In this document: piece by piece, positions 1 to 10,082 of the stretch
Numbering within the stretch: the stretch's first letter is position 1
Layout of the letters: each line of letters starts with the position of its first letter
NCBI GenBank assembly: GCA_963718615.1
Contig: OY970368.1
Coordinates: forward strand, 2,272,001 to 2,336,000
Direction of reading: 5' to 3'
Length of the DNA stretch: 64,000 nt
Origin: an uncultured cyanobacterium
GTDB taxonomy: Bacteria > Cyanobacteriota > Cyanobacteriia > PCC-9006 > JAAUQQ01
Program-made: the position numbers and the translations under genes
The notes under the pieces: generated by a model
Seen by the model: the letters and a program-made list of their open reading frames with translations, nothing else
Database searches by the model: none
Told to the model about the DNA's origin: nothing

Positions 1-1
1 C

Positions 2-835
2 GGTCGCGTCAAGATTACCGGCACCACGGCGGGAGGAAAACCCTATGAACAGACCCTAGCTGTGGACTTTGCGGAGCGGGAGAACCCGGCGATCGCCCAA
101 CTCTGGGGCCGAGCTCGGATCAAAGACCTGATGAATGGTCTCTACGGTAATGAAACCACCGAAGGCGTCGAAGCCGTTACCCAAACAGCCCTAGACTACC
201 GGTTGCTGTCGCAATATACGGCCTTTGTGGCAGTGAGCGAAGAAGTGCGTGTGGATCCCGATGGCACCCGCCGCACGGTCCAGGTGCCGGTGGAACTGCC
301 CGAAGGCGTCAGCTATGAAGGCATTTTTGGCAAAGACGCAGCCGAAAGCGCTAACTTGGCTGGAGCAATGCCCGCATCAGCCCGATTGATGGCTCCAGCC
401 CCGTCTTCCATGGCGATGCCGCGTCAGGCCAGTGGAGGACGTCGGAATAGTTCCCCGGTGACGATGGCGAAACCCCAAATCCTCCCTGGGGCCATGGATC
501 AGGCAATGGATCAGGAAACGGTATCAGCGGAGATGTCAACGAGCCTGTCTGCGCCTAAAATTCAGGTGATTCGGTCGGAGAATCTGGATGCAGCGGCGAT
601 CGCCTCCTTAGAACAGCACCTCGCCACGTTAACGCTGCCAGCGAATCCAGCCGGGGAACTGACCTTTGAACTCCGCCTTCGCCGAGGTCGAGTTCAGCTG
701 GTGGCCTTGGATGCCGCCGCTTCGACAATGACGGATCAAGCCCTAATTGATGCCCTGCGCCAAGCCTTGCAGCAATGGCAACCAGAGCCCGGTTTGTCGG
801 GGACGGTGAAGGTGACGTTGCAAGTGCAATCTTAG
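2..835 (+). CDS. VIT/VWA-domain protein, C-terminal part (5' partial; after-VIT-type C-terminal domain)
   Basis: Frame is open from the window start. IAQLWGRARIKDLM...ALDYRLLSQYTAFVAV...VQVPVELPEGV is the usual post-VWA region of VIT-VWA proteins. Confidence 0.75.
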   Translation, partial: GRVKITGTTAGGKPYEQTLAVDFAERENPAIAQLWGRARIKDLMNGLYGNETTEGVEAVTQTALDYRLLSQYTAFVAVSEEVRVDPDGTRRTVQVPVELPEGVSYEGIFGKDAAESANLAGAMPASARLMAPAPSSMAMPRQASGGRRNSSPVTMAKPQILPGAMDQAMDQETVSAEMSTSLSAPKIQVIRSENLDAAAIASLEQHLATLTLPANPAGELTFELRLRRGRVQLVALDAAASTMTDQALIDALRQALQQWQPEPGLSGTVKVTLQVQS

Positions 836-882
836 GAGCAGGCTTAAGGTCAATCTTAAGGGCAGGTCTAAGACAAAATCAT

Positions 883-1018
883 GGGCCTGCTTTCACCTCT
901 ACCCCGGCGTCTGACATTCTCTATCCCGACAGCCATGGCAAATCCATGGCCGATAACACGAAGCAATATCGCTGGATTGTCATGCTGAAGGAAAATCTGG
1001 AGATTTTCTTAGCGATCG
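883..1018 (+). pseudogene. Uma2 (DUF820) family endonuclease, N-terminal remnant
   Basis: Translates as ILYPDSHGKSMADNTKQYRWIVMLKENLEI, which resembles the YPDSDGKPMADNTxQFRWIV start of a cyanobacterial Uma2 subfamily. Similarity ends at GCGATCGTAGGGCGATCGC. Confidence 0.65.
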
Positions 1019-1227
1019 TAGGGCGATCGCTCTTGCACCCATGACGACGACCACCTAGCGACGACCACCTAGGGTTCAAATTATTGAGGCGTTGAAAGAG
1101 TGGGGATTGAAGTTGACTTGGGGGACGCTACCTGAGTTAGGTGTTCAGAAAAAACGTGTGATTATGCGGAGGTCGTTCGATGGCTGACTGGGGGGCGGGC
1201 TTTGGGGCGATGCTTGATATTGTTGCT

Positions 1228-2341
1228 TCAAAGGTCACGCTCGCGTTCTTTGGGTTTCAAATAGCCCTCTACCAACAAATCCGTACCGATCGCCCGCCAT
1301 TCCACCCGCTCTAACAGCAGAGCCTCAGCCATCTTCGTTAACCCCAGTTCCCCCACAGGAGAGAGGCCAGAACCACCAATGATTTTAGGGGCAATAAACG
1401 CCAGGACTTTTTGAATGGCACCCGAGGCGATCGCCGCCGCCGCCAACGTTCCCCCACATTCCCACAGCACCGACAAAGCCCCTCGCTCGTAGAGATTTTC
1501 CATGACCGTCTGGGGGGTTAAGCAATCCGTTAAAACCACTTCCACCCCCTTGGATTCGAGATAGCTCCAGAAGGAGGCGATCGCAATCCCGCTCTGTAAA
1601 CACCACCGTCGGAGCCTCAGCCCTGTCCCACAAATGCGCCTCCTTGGGCAAGTTCAAGGTCCGGCTCATTACCACCCGCAGCGGGCCGTGGTCCGCTTCG
1701 CCATGGCTGGTTAAGCGGGGATTGTCGTGGCGAACCGTATTGCCCCCGACGACCACCGCATCGCAGCCGATCCGTAGATGATGGACCCACTGTCGAGCCG
1801 CCGGTTGGGTGATCCAGGCGCTGTTGCCGGTACTGGTTGCGATTTTGCCATCGAGGGTCATGGCGTATTTCAAAATGCCAAAGGGTTGCTGATGCACAAT
1901 GCGATGGACAAAGGCTTCGTTGAGCTTTTGGCAGGCCGCCGCTTCAACGCCCACCACCACTTCAATGCCCGCCTCTTGCAGCCGCCGAATACCGCCCCCC
2001 GCCACTAAGGGATTGGGATCGACCATACCGACCACCACCTTTGCCACCCCCGCCTTGATCAAGGCTTCCGAACAGGGCGGGGTGCGTCCATAGTGATTGC
2101 AAGGTTCCAGACTGACATAGGCCGTTGCGCCCTGGGCTGCCGCTCCCGCCTCGCGCAGGGCGAAGACTTCCGCATGGGGCTGGCCTGCACCAGGGTGAAA
2201 GCCTTCGCCAATAATTTCGCCTCCTTTGACAATGACAGCGCCCACCATGGGATTAGGGGCGGTTTGTCCCAAGGCGCGGCGGGCCAACTCTAGGCAGCGC
2301 TGCATCATTTGGACATCGATGGGGTCAAAGGAGGCTGTCAT
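1228..2341 (-). pseudogene. ribD: RibD riboflavin deaminase/reductase, split by a one-base frameshift near 1576-1580 (real or sequencing error)
   Basis: PNPMVG, HAE, SLEPCNHYGRTPPC and KYAMTLDGKIAT lie in ORF 1385..2341. The reductase end (VLWECGGTLA, AFIAPKIIGG, DLLVEGY) continues in ORF 1228..1545. Confidence 0.9.
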
Positions 2342-2427
2342 GAAAAGCTGTCAGGGAAAGTGGATCAGTTTGTTTAATATATATTGACAATAGCGTGATC
2401 CCCGATTAAATCTCCTTGACCTGGTCT

Positions 2428-2910
2428 ATGGCTCTCTATTTTTATGCCGCGAGCGATCGCCCCTACGGCTGTTTCTCTAATTTCTCACTTCACGGCTTTC
2501 AATTAGATGGCCATTGGTGGCCCACCTGCGAACATTATTATCAGGCACACAAGCATTGGGGAACCGCTCAGTTTGACCAGGTGCGTCAGGCGGAGACCCC
2601 AGCGGAGGCAAAACTGCGGGGCCGCGACCCGGATTGTCCCTGTCGAGCGGATTGGGATCAGGTTAAGGATGAAGTCATGGAACGGGCCGTGCTGGAAAAG
2701 TTTAAGATGCATCCGGAGATTCGGCAGCAGTTGCTTGAGACGGGAGATGAGCTGCTGGTGGAAAATTCGCCTGTGGACTACTACTGGGGCTGTGGGGAGG
2801 ATGGCAGTGGCAAAAATCGCTTGGGGGAAATTTTGATGGCGGTGCGATCGCATCTGCGCCAAACCAAAGCGGATCAAGATGATCTAAGTCCAGAAACCTT
2901 CGGTGGGTAA
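2428..2910 (+). CDS. NADAR family (YbiA/RibX, COG3236-like) N-glycosidase
   Basis: YGCFSNF, WPTCEHYYQAHK, DWDQVK, LVENSPVDYYWGCG...GKNRLGEILMAVR. Divergent from ribD, consistent with the known riboflavin link of this family. Confidence 0.9.
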   Translation: MALYFYAASDRPYGCFSNFSLHGFQLDGHWWPTCEHYYQAHKHWGTAQFDQVRQAETPAEAKLRGRDPDCPCRADWDQVKDEVMERAVLEKFKMHPEIRQQLLETGDELLVENSPVDYYWGCGEDGSGKNRLGEILMAVRSHLRQTKADQDDLSPETFGG

Positions 2911-3387
2911 AGCCGTCAAAGCAGCCTCGCAGGCCCGCAGCATCCGCCGCCCCACAGCATAACTCAACCGCGCTTCGGCTTCTGGAGCCGTGCACCAGCA
3001 AAAATCGGAAATTTCAGCTTCCTGAATGGTCACGGGAGGCGCTTCTCCCTGGGCACAGGGTTGCACTTGGCCGACGAAATATAAAACGCGTTTTTCCACC
3101 CAGAGATCGCGCTTTTTCTTCTTAAATCGATAGTTCTCGACAAATTTGAGCTCCGGAAAGACCCGGCTCGCCGATAGTCCCGTTTCTTCGTGAAACTCCC
3201 GTGCTGCTGCCTCTAGCGCCGATTCTCCGCGCTCTCGATGTCCCTTGGGAAAGCCCCAATGTCCTTTTCTATGGCAAATGAGCAGATATTGGCGCGGCTG
3301 GGGGGCAATGGGAAGACGGGGAGGGGCGATCGCTGGCCCAAAGGGTCCTAACACGGGAATTATGCCAAAGGCTTCATCTTGGAGCAT
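2884..3387 (-). CDS. NUDIX hydrolase (Ap4A hydrolase-like)
   Basis: GHWGFPKGH and Nudix box GESALEAAAREFHEETG. Confidence 0.85.
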   Translation of the reverse strand: MLQDEAFGIIPVLGPFGPAIAPPRLPIAPQPRQYLLICHRKGHWGFPKGHRERGESALEAAAREFHEETGLSASRVFPELKFVENYRFKKKKRDLWVEKRVLYFVGQVQPCAQGEAPPVTIQEAEISDFCWCTAPEAEARLSYAVGRRMLRACEAALTALPTEGFWT

Positions 3388-3460
3388 TGGATTAGAGGCA
3401 AAAAAGCGGGTAAGGCCATTTTAGAACTTGGCAAACCCGCTCGTCACAGCTAGTTGCAGT

Positions 3461-3505
3461 CGGTTTAATTACAGCCGGTTTAATTACAGCTAGTTTAATT
3501 ACAGT
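3461..3505. repeat. Three 15-bp tandem units spanning the hpsA stop codon
   Basis: CGGTTTAATTACAGC twice, then TAGTTTAATTACAGT. Confidence 0.85.
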
Positions 3506-6500
3506 CCGCTGCGTCTGGATCGACTTTGTTGTTACTCCCTTCGGGGGTTGCGCAGCGAAGATTGAGAATATAAGGATCTTCGACCGGCAGTTCGCGATAA
3601 AACTCACTGCGCAAATCACTACGGGTGATAAACCGCTCGGAAATAGGGCCAGCAGGGGCATATTGTAAGGCCACATCGTAGCCCCAAAACCGATTGGGTG
3701 GGCCATAGTAACTGATCAACTCATTGTTCGCATCTGGAGGAAGACCCGGTTCCCAGGAGTCTTTGTCAAAGGGTCCAGTGGCGTAGGAGCTAAAGTTAAG
3801 CTGCATCAGAGAACCGGAGATAAACAGTTTTTTCCAGCCCTCCACAAAACGAGGGAAGTTGTGCAGCCCACCAAAGGACTGACCACCGCGCGAAGGGACA
3901 ATGCCGCTGACGATGACGGCGTTGATATAGGTTTCGTCTGGTGTACCGCCACTGGAGCTGGTACCGTTAATGCCTTTGTAGGTGCGATTGCTTCCGCCTA
4001 AAAGACTGGCTTCGCGGCCATATTCGATTTCTTTACGAGTTCCGCTACAGGCATTACCGGAGCCTGTCAAGCTTCCGTTGGACTCAACACAATAAACTGG
4101 AAACCCGCGCTGAGAAATTTTGATGGGACTACTGTAGGTTTCACTCGAAGAGGCAACGCCGTTTTCTCGAACCCAAGGGAGGTTAGTGTCGTTGCCATGG
4201 CTGAGACCTGCGAAGGAGCCAGGGCTGTTGTCTCGAATCCCTCGGGCGATGGTGCCTTCGGTAAAGCTAGCGGAGAGCAGCGTGACCGCATCGGCAATAA
4301 TCTCAGCGGGACGCCAGCGATCGTTGCGGCTGGCAAAGTCGGTGTTGAGAGTTTTGCGATCGTAGAAGTTATCCCAGTTTTCGGCGGAGAGGGTTTCGGT
4401 GAATTCCTCTTGGGTATGCCAGTTAAATTCGTTATTGTCGGCCTGTAAATAAACGGGATTATCGGAAACAAAGGAGAATCCTCGCAGTTCGGGGGCGGTG
4501 CTGGTACCACTCACCGTTGTGCTGCCGTTGACGCGACGGAGATCTTGGCCGTTGCGCAGTCGAAACCCGAAGGGACGCCGATCAGGATCGGCATAAAAAT
4601 CAACGGCTTTAGGACTAATGCCGGTACGAGGATTGACAGGGGGATCGGTGGGTTCAGCCCCTACTGCATTCATGATGTAATTGGCAACAGTTGCATCCTT
4701 GGGATTATTGACGAACTTGAGCCATTTGCTCAGCCAAGTACTGTAGCTATCGCTGGTCTGTCTGGGTCTGGCAATGCCGTCTTCGCGGATGGCATCTTCA
4801 CGAAATGCATAAACCATCGCGCCAGCACGGGTAGGATCGTTAGAGGCGGTGAGGTCCGGTAAAGGAAGCCAATAATCTGTGGTGGCTCCGCTCGGATTGG
4901 CAATACGGTTGATGCCGGTAATGCTGGTCCGCCGCATTAGGTCGAGGTCTAGATCCAAAGCGCGGACAGCCATCATTTCACGGCCATTGAAGAAGCCTTT
5001 ATCGAGGAAGGCGGGGTAGAGATTGGTGCCTTGGACGGTAATTTGATTGATTCTTCCGGTGGCGGTGGCGGTGACGGGGGTTTTCCAGCTTGCTGTCGTG
5101 GTCCGAGGAGCCATGCCTAGCGCATTGGCTAAGGCGGTCACACCATCCTCTGTGCCGTTTTCAATGCCATTGTTATCTGTATCGCCTAGTGGTCTAAAGG
5201 TGGTATTTTGGCAAGTCCCAGCGGCATTGGGATAGCAGTTGATTCCCCGTTTATTGGCTCGGTCAAATAGATAGGGATGATTGGTTGCGCTGACATAGGG
5301 TTCACTACTGGGCTGTGGAATGGCGGACGCCCCTGCGGCTTGGGCTGTCGTTGAGATTTGACCGTCGGGGGCATGTTCGGTGAGCGGAAAGAGATAATAG
5401 AGTGAGGGGTACTTGGGTGGTGAAGTTGAAGGGCAGAGTGCCATTGCTAGGCCAACTTCTGCTTTTTCGGAAAGGCCAAAACTACTAGGATCACATCCTA
5501 TACCCTCATAGATAACTAAAGATTCAGCAATTCCTGTAATGACATTTCCGAGTCCAGGACCATCATTCAGATCGTAAAGACCGTTCCCCCAATCATAACC
5601 CGTACCATTGCCAGGAATGCCTTTATCTTTTACGAATCCAAGAGCTCGATCACGACGAATTTGATAGGCCCTAATCATAAGTTCTAACTTATCAGCATGA
5701 TTGTTTTGCCCATCGGATCTTAGAGCCTTTACCCAATCTTCTGGTGTGAACTGAGCATAGTATTTACGGTAGTTTTGTAGATCGTTAATGTTGCTAACGG
5801 TATAAGGATTTTGACTAGGACAACCATTAGATCCATTAAAGCTTGTACATCGGTTGTCAGAATTATTCCCAATTTCTGCATTTCCGTTGTTTGCTTTTCC
5901 ATCCATGAGTTTAAAAAGCTGTTCTCCAACGGCTTGTAAACTTGGGCCACTTCCATTGATGGCAGCCTGATACATTTCTTCTTGATTTTGCAAATTGTAG
6001 GCTAAAGCCCCAAGGGTGCAAGTTGCCGTATGTAAGGTGCTCTTATCCGCAGGGCTCAAAGCATCGTATTCATCGATTTCACCACCATCGAGCGAATCAT
6101 TTTCTAAATAGGTCATAATTCGTCGTAAATTAGAGAAATCGCCCCAAGCCGTCAACTGAGGATAGGGATGAACTACCCCTTTGGCATCTGCCTCTGCGAA
6201 ATGGGCAAACTTGTAAGCGGCATTATCTTTGCTTGCCGCAACGGTATCCTGCTGAGATGGGAAACCACCGGCTGGATCTCCTGCAAACCGAGCAAGGTTC
6301 GTCAACGCTCGTCGCAAAGAACTATCAGTATTGTTTATGGCTGTTGCAAAAGCTGCTTCCGGATCAGCACTGCTGGAAAACGGTGCGGAAAACTCAATTC
6401 CATTGGTGCCTTTTCCTGTAAGAAAATTCGTATCAATGCGAGAAGCAACACCAGGCAGTTCGTCGAATTGACGACTCTGGGTGCGGCTATTGTCAGTACC

Positions 6501-8462
6501 AGTATGAGCCGTGGAGGCCAGACAGGCAACCGGATAATCACCCCCATCATTAAGATAGTGGTAAACGGCAGTGGTTTGCACTGCGGCTAAATTGTCTCGC
6601 AGCGATCGCCATTGGCGTTGTTCATGGAAGCGATCGTTATCGTCGTTAGTCGTATCATCAAATACACTGTTTTGTGCTGCATTCGCAGGCGGTGGATTGA
6701 GCGGGTCATCAGCCCCTTTCCAACCATTGGCATTGCCCAGTTCCAAACGCTGACTGACAATGAGGCGAACGCCTTGAGCTTTAGCCCGCCGTTCCCAATA
6801 GCCATCGTAACCATATTCAGTTTCGCTGTTGGCAGAGGCTTCATTGCGGATCAATTCTGTGGAATTACTATAGGCTGAGGTGATGCGATCGCCCGTCCGA
6901 TAAACATCTAGCGTTCCATCCGCATTTTGATCCTCATCCGCATCGGCTATACCGTCATTATCTGTATCTTCATTCATGACAAACGATGAAGTATATTCAG
7001 CCTTCGGTCCCCAGCGATCATCTGCTCGATAGGTATCATCCACAAAGGGTTTGTTTTGGGGATCGTTATAAACGCGATGGTCCTTGGCGAGGGGGCGATT
7101 TTCCCAGTTGCTATCCCGCGCACTGTGATTATAGGGATCGCTAGAGTCACGAGAACGATTGCGATCTTCGGTAAATAAGAGAATGGGATCAACAGCAATC
7201 TCTCCCGGTTTAATGTTGGTTCCTGTTACCGAATCAATTTCTCGAGTTAAGCTAATCGTCTGGGGGAAGAGCTTGCCTGGAGAAGGAGAGGGTAAACTCT
7301 CCGAAAATCGATGCACCACGGACGAGTTTGTACTAGTGGCATTTCGCTTCATGGAGCCCGTAATAATTTGCCCTTCAAAAGGAGATCGAGGGGTTTCGCC
7401 TGCCACCGAAATCTCAGAGGCATCACGGGTATAAACGCAGGATGCTGGAGATGAAATCAAATACAAATTTAAACTGCCGCCTTCATGGGTGGGCATGAAG
7501 TTAGACTCGGTATGCATCGCACCATTCCAGCGAAAAGCCGGTCCGGGAAAGACTTCTAGATCATAGCGAAACCACGCGCCCCATTTATTGCCCATATTGG
7601 CTTGGCGATCCTGTTGCATTTCGAGGGTCGCAGCAATGCCTGTGGTGTTATTTTTAGCAAATGCGTTGACCTGAAGGGCTTTTCGTAGCGTTGAAGAGTT
7701 GATCGGTTGCCAACCGGCACGGGGAGAGAGGGCCAGGTTATTGCAATTGGGATTAGCAGCGCCTCCGGCTAAGTTAATGGGGCCATTGCGAACGACTTGA
7801 GCTGTGGCTTTTATGGCATCGTCTTCGCCAAAAGAAATGAGATTTCCTTGAGCATCTCTTGTGTTCGCTTGAGTCAGAATAGAATAGGCAACGGTCACTT
7901 CTTTACCGTCGGTGCCTGTATTAGGATCGCCATCCACATTAAATTGAAATTCCCAGGCATTATCAATCGTGTTGGCATTTCCATCTAGGTCCAGACGGGT
8001 TTCGTCGGGGAGCGTGTAGTTGCCGTCATTGCGCAATGCCTGTACGAGGTCACTGTCGGAGGGCAGGGGAGGAAGTGGCTCTTTTTTGAATAAAAATTCG
8101 AGTTTGGCATTGGCCCGATCCATGGCAGGCGTTGCAGCATTGTAGAGCATGCGTTGCTGACGGTTGCCAATGACTTCCTGGGTACGATTTCCGGTGCGGA
8201 AAATTAAGATTCCCAGCACCATCGACAGCATGAGCAAGAGCAATATGGTTGTAGGCAGGATAAAACCTGCGGTTTGCCCAGCCGATCGTGAAGTCGATTG
8301 GCTCAAAAGCGAACTCCGCCAAAGCCAAAATAGGTCTTTAACCGTCAGAGTTTGATGAAACTGATGAAGTCTGGCTTGAAGCGTTTGAAAAGCGCCAAAG
8401 CGGTCTCTATTCACGGATCTACCTACGCATACAAGGGCCAATCTTGGTAGATGACCTTGCAC
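3495..8462 (-). CDS. hpsA: Hormogonium polysaccharide / pilus-associated large protein HpsA
   Basis: 1655 aa. Pilin-like GFILPTTILLLL segment, YNAATPAMDRANAKLEFLF, GNKWGAWFRYDLE, DGYWERRA, GGLHNFPRF and YYGPPNRFWGYDVALQ are typical of HpsA. Confidence 0.85.
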   Translation of the reverse strand: MQGHLPRLALVCVGRSVNRDRFGAFQTLQARLHQFHQTLTVKDLFWLWRSSLLSQSTSRSAGQTAGFILPTTILLLLMLSMVLGILIFRTGNRTQEVIGNRQQRMLYNAATPAMDRANAKLEFLFKKEPLPPLPSDSDLVQALRNDGNYTLPDETRLDLDGNANTIDNAWEFQFNVDGDPNTGTDGKEVTVAYSILTQANTRDAQGNLISFGEDDAIKATAQVVRNGPINLAGGAANPNCNNLALSPRAGWQPINSSTLRKALQVNAFAKNNTTGIAATLEMQQDRQANMGNKWGAWFRYDLEVFPGPAFRWNGAMHTESNFMPTHEGGSLNLYLISSPASCVYTRDASEISVAGETPRSPFEGQIITGSMKRNATSTNSSVVHRFSESLPSPSPGKLFPQTISLTREIDSVTGTNIKPGEIAVDPILLFTEDRNRSRDSSDPYNHSARDSNWENRPLAKDHRVYNDPQNKPFVDDTYRADDRWGPKAEYTSSFVMNEDTDNDGIADADEDQNADGTLDVYRTGDRITSAYSNSTELIRNEASANSETEYGYDGYWERRAKAQGVRLIVSQRLELGNANGWKGADDPLNPPPANAAQNSVFDDTTNDDNDRFHEQRQWRSLRDNLAAVQTTAVYHYLNDGGDYPVACLASTAHTGTDNSRTQSRQFDELPGVASRIDTNFLTGKGTNGIEFSAPFSSSADPEAAFATAINNTDSSLRRALTNLARFAGDPAGGFPSQQDTVAASKDNAAYKFAHFAEADAKGVVHPYPQLTAWGDFSNLRRIMTYLENDSLDGGEIDEYDALSPADKSTLHTATCTLGALAYNLQNQEEMYQAAINGSGPSLQAVGEQLFKLMDGKANNGNAEIGNNSDNRCTSFNGSNGCPSQNPYTVSNINDLQNYRKYYAQFTPEDWVKALRSDGQNNHADKLELMIRAYQIRRDRALGFVKDKGIPGNGTGYDWGNGLYDLNDGPGLGNVITGIAESLVIYEGIGCDPSSFGLSEKAEVGLAMALCPSTSPPKYPSLYYLFPLTEHAPDGQISTTAQAAGASAIPQPSSEPYVSATNHPYLFDRANKRGINCYPNAAGTCQNTTFRPLGDTDNNGIENGTEDGVTALANALGMAPRTTTASWKTPVTATATGRINQITVQGTNLYPAFLDKGFFNGREMMAVRALDLDLDLMRRTSITGINRIANPSGATTDYWLPLPDLTASNDPTRAGAMVYAFREDAIREDGIARPRQTSDSYSTWLSKWLKFVNNPKDATVANYIMNAVGAEPTDPPVNPRTGISPKAVDFYADPDRRPFGFRLRNGQDLRRVNGSTTVSGTSTAPELRGFSFVSDNPVYLQADNNEFNWHTQEEFTETLSAENWDNFYDRKTLNTDFASRNDRWRPAEIIADAVTLLSASFTEGTIARGIRDNSPGSFAGLSHGNDTNLPWVRENGVASSSETYSSPIKISQRGFPVYCVESNGSLTGSGNACSGTRKEIEYGREASLLGGSNRTYKGINGTSSSGGTPDETYINAVIVSGIVPSRGGQSFGGLHNFPRFVEGWKKLFISGSLMQLNFSSYATGPFDKDSWEPGLPPDANNELISYYGPPNRFWGYDVALQYAPAGPISERFITRSDLRSEFYRELPVEDPYILNLRCATPEGSNNKVDPDAADCN

Positions 8463-8810
8463 CGACTCAGAGGTAGATGATCCTGCAACCCTCGGGACTC
8501 TCGATCAGACTAAACGTCAAGCTTTTCGTCAGGCTTTCAGAATTGAATCAAGCTTGACTGAAGTTTGACTGCAACTGGAATGGAAAAAGAGTCCATCTGG
8601 ATACAGCTTTCCCTCGACCGTGGGAGAGAAAACAACCGATTTAATTTTTCTCGAAAATTACTCGGAAATGGCTCGGAAATCGCTTGAAAATGATGTGATA
8701 CCTCCGGTCTAGGCATCAGACCCGCCCAACCTTTAAAGAATCTGCTAGAGTGAGAAGAAAGTGTAAACTGTGGTTATCATTCCAGCCGTTTTCAGCATGA
8801 GGAGCGCCTG

Positions 8811-9179
8811 ATGGACTTTGGCACAACCATTCGCGATCGCCGTCGACAGGAGGGCCTGAGCCAGGAATCGCTGGCTCAACAGGTGGGCATTTCGCGCAAT
8901 TATTTGTCTCAAATTGAGCGGGGTCGGGCGACCAATTTGTCCTGGCAGCTTCGACAAAAACTGACGGCATTGCTGGGGATTCAAGAAGAAACACCGACAA
9001 CGACGGCGGTTGACTGGAGTGCCTTGCCGGAGGGGTTAGAAGCCTTTGCCAAGCGGGTCAACCTGCCTGCGGATGATGTTTTAATGTTGGCGCGGCTCAG
9101 ATATCGGGGCAAGCAGCCCACGACCGCTGAAAAATGGGAACTGCTTTATAATGTGATTAAAGTGACGGTGGATGTTTGA
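8811..9179 (+). CDS. XRE-family HTH repressor with DdrO/CapH-like C-terminal domain
   Basis: HTH LSQESLAQQVGISRNYLSQIERG. C-terminal LPEGL...MLARLRYRGKQP...W..LY resembles the DdrO/CapH oligomerisation and cleavage domain. Confidence 0.8.
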   Translation: MDFGTTIRDRRRQEGLSQESLAQQVGISRNYLSQIERGRATNLSWQLRQKLTALLGIQEETPTTTAVDWSALPEGLEAFAKRVNLPADDVLMLARLRYRGKQPTTAEKWELLYNVIKVTVDV

Positions 9180-9181
9180 CC

Positions 9182-10042
9182 ATGGGGTATCAGCATCCGG
9201 GTCAGGCTTTTTTGAGCCAGTTTGGGGCACTCCGAAGCGGTGCCGAAATTGCGGCCTATGGTGAGTTTTTGCGCAGTGCTGCGGGACTATCCAGTGACCC
9301 TCCCATTGATCTAGAAAAAATTTATGCGCGTTTTGAAATGCCTTTGCCTCGGCCAGCGCCTCTGACGGATCAGCAAGGAATTTTGCTGGATGGCGATCGC
9401 GGCCTAGTCTTGATCAAAGCCGATGACCCTCGGGTGCGCCAACGCTTTACCGAAGGGCATGAGCTGATGGAGCTGTTGTTTGAGGCCCAGGTGCAATCGG
9501 GGGCGGCTTGGCAGGTGACGGGCGACCCAAAGGAAAAATGGTGCGATCGCGGTGCCGCATCACTCTTAATGCCTCGGGAGTCCTTCGCGCCCCGACTCAA
9601 AAATTTGGGCTGTTCGATCGCCACGGCTAAAAAATTAGCGGCAGCCTATCAAACCTCCTTGCTGGCAACGTTGATGCGGATGATGCAGGTGGCGGAGGGG
9701 GTCCATTGTCTGCGGGTTTGGCGGTTGGGCTGGGCGGATATGGCTGCAACGACCGGACGAGAGCCGCCGCAGTTGTGGTCTTGGTGGCAGACGGCGACGG
9801 CGGGTTGGACTGCTTCACCCCTGGGATGCGTTTGGCATCAACCCTCGCCCCTCCCGGCACAATCGGTGATTGGCTTGGCCCATGCGCTGGATCAGTTTTT
9901 GACGGGCACGGAAGATTGGGGGAGCATGACTTCCCAGGGGGGCGATCGCCCCCAGCGCTGTGCCATTGAGGCTTTACCCCTCACCCTTGGCCATCGTCGA
10001 GCGGTGGTATCGCTGTTCCATCAATTGGAGACTGGCGAATAA
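9182..10042 (+). CDS. ImmA/IrrE (CapP-like) metallopeptidase with variant HExxE motif
   Basis: RQRFTEGHELME, then EKWCDRGAASLLMP, an HTH-like segment and a GAF-like C-terminus. Starts 2 nt after the XRE stop. Confidence 0.75.
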   Translation: MGYQHPGQAFLSQFGALRSGAEIAAYGEFLRSAAGLSSDPPIDLEKIYARFEMPLPRPAPLTDQQGILLDGDRGLVLIKADDPRVRQRFTEGHELMELLFEAQVQSGAAWQVTGDPKEKWCDRGAASLLMPRESFAPRLKNLGCSIATAKKLAAAYQTSLLATLMRMMQVAEGVHCLRVWRLGWADMAATTGREPPQLWSWWQTATAGWTASPLGCVWHQPSPLPAQSVIGLAHALDQFLTGTEDWGSMTSQGGDRPQRCAIEALPLTLGHRRAVVSLFHQLETGE

Positions 10043-10082
10043 CTGAAGGCTGAGAATCACTCACGGCTGGGGAATCCATCGT

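Noticed and set aside
2342-2427. FMN riboswitch upstream of ribD
   Set aside because: The gap is short and AT-rich, and no FMN aptamer motifs are visible.
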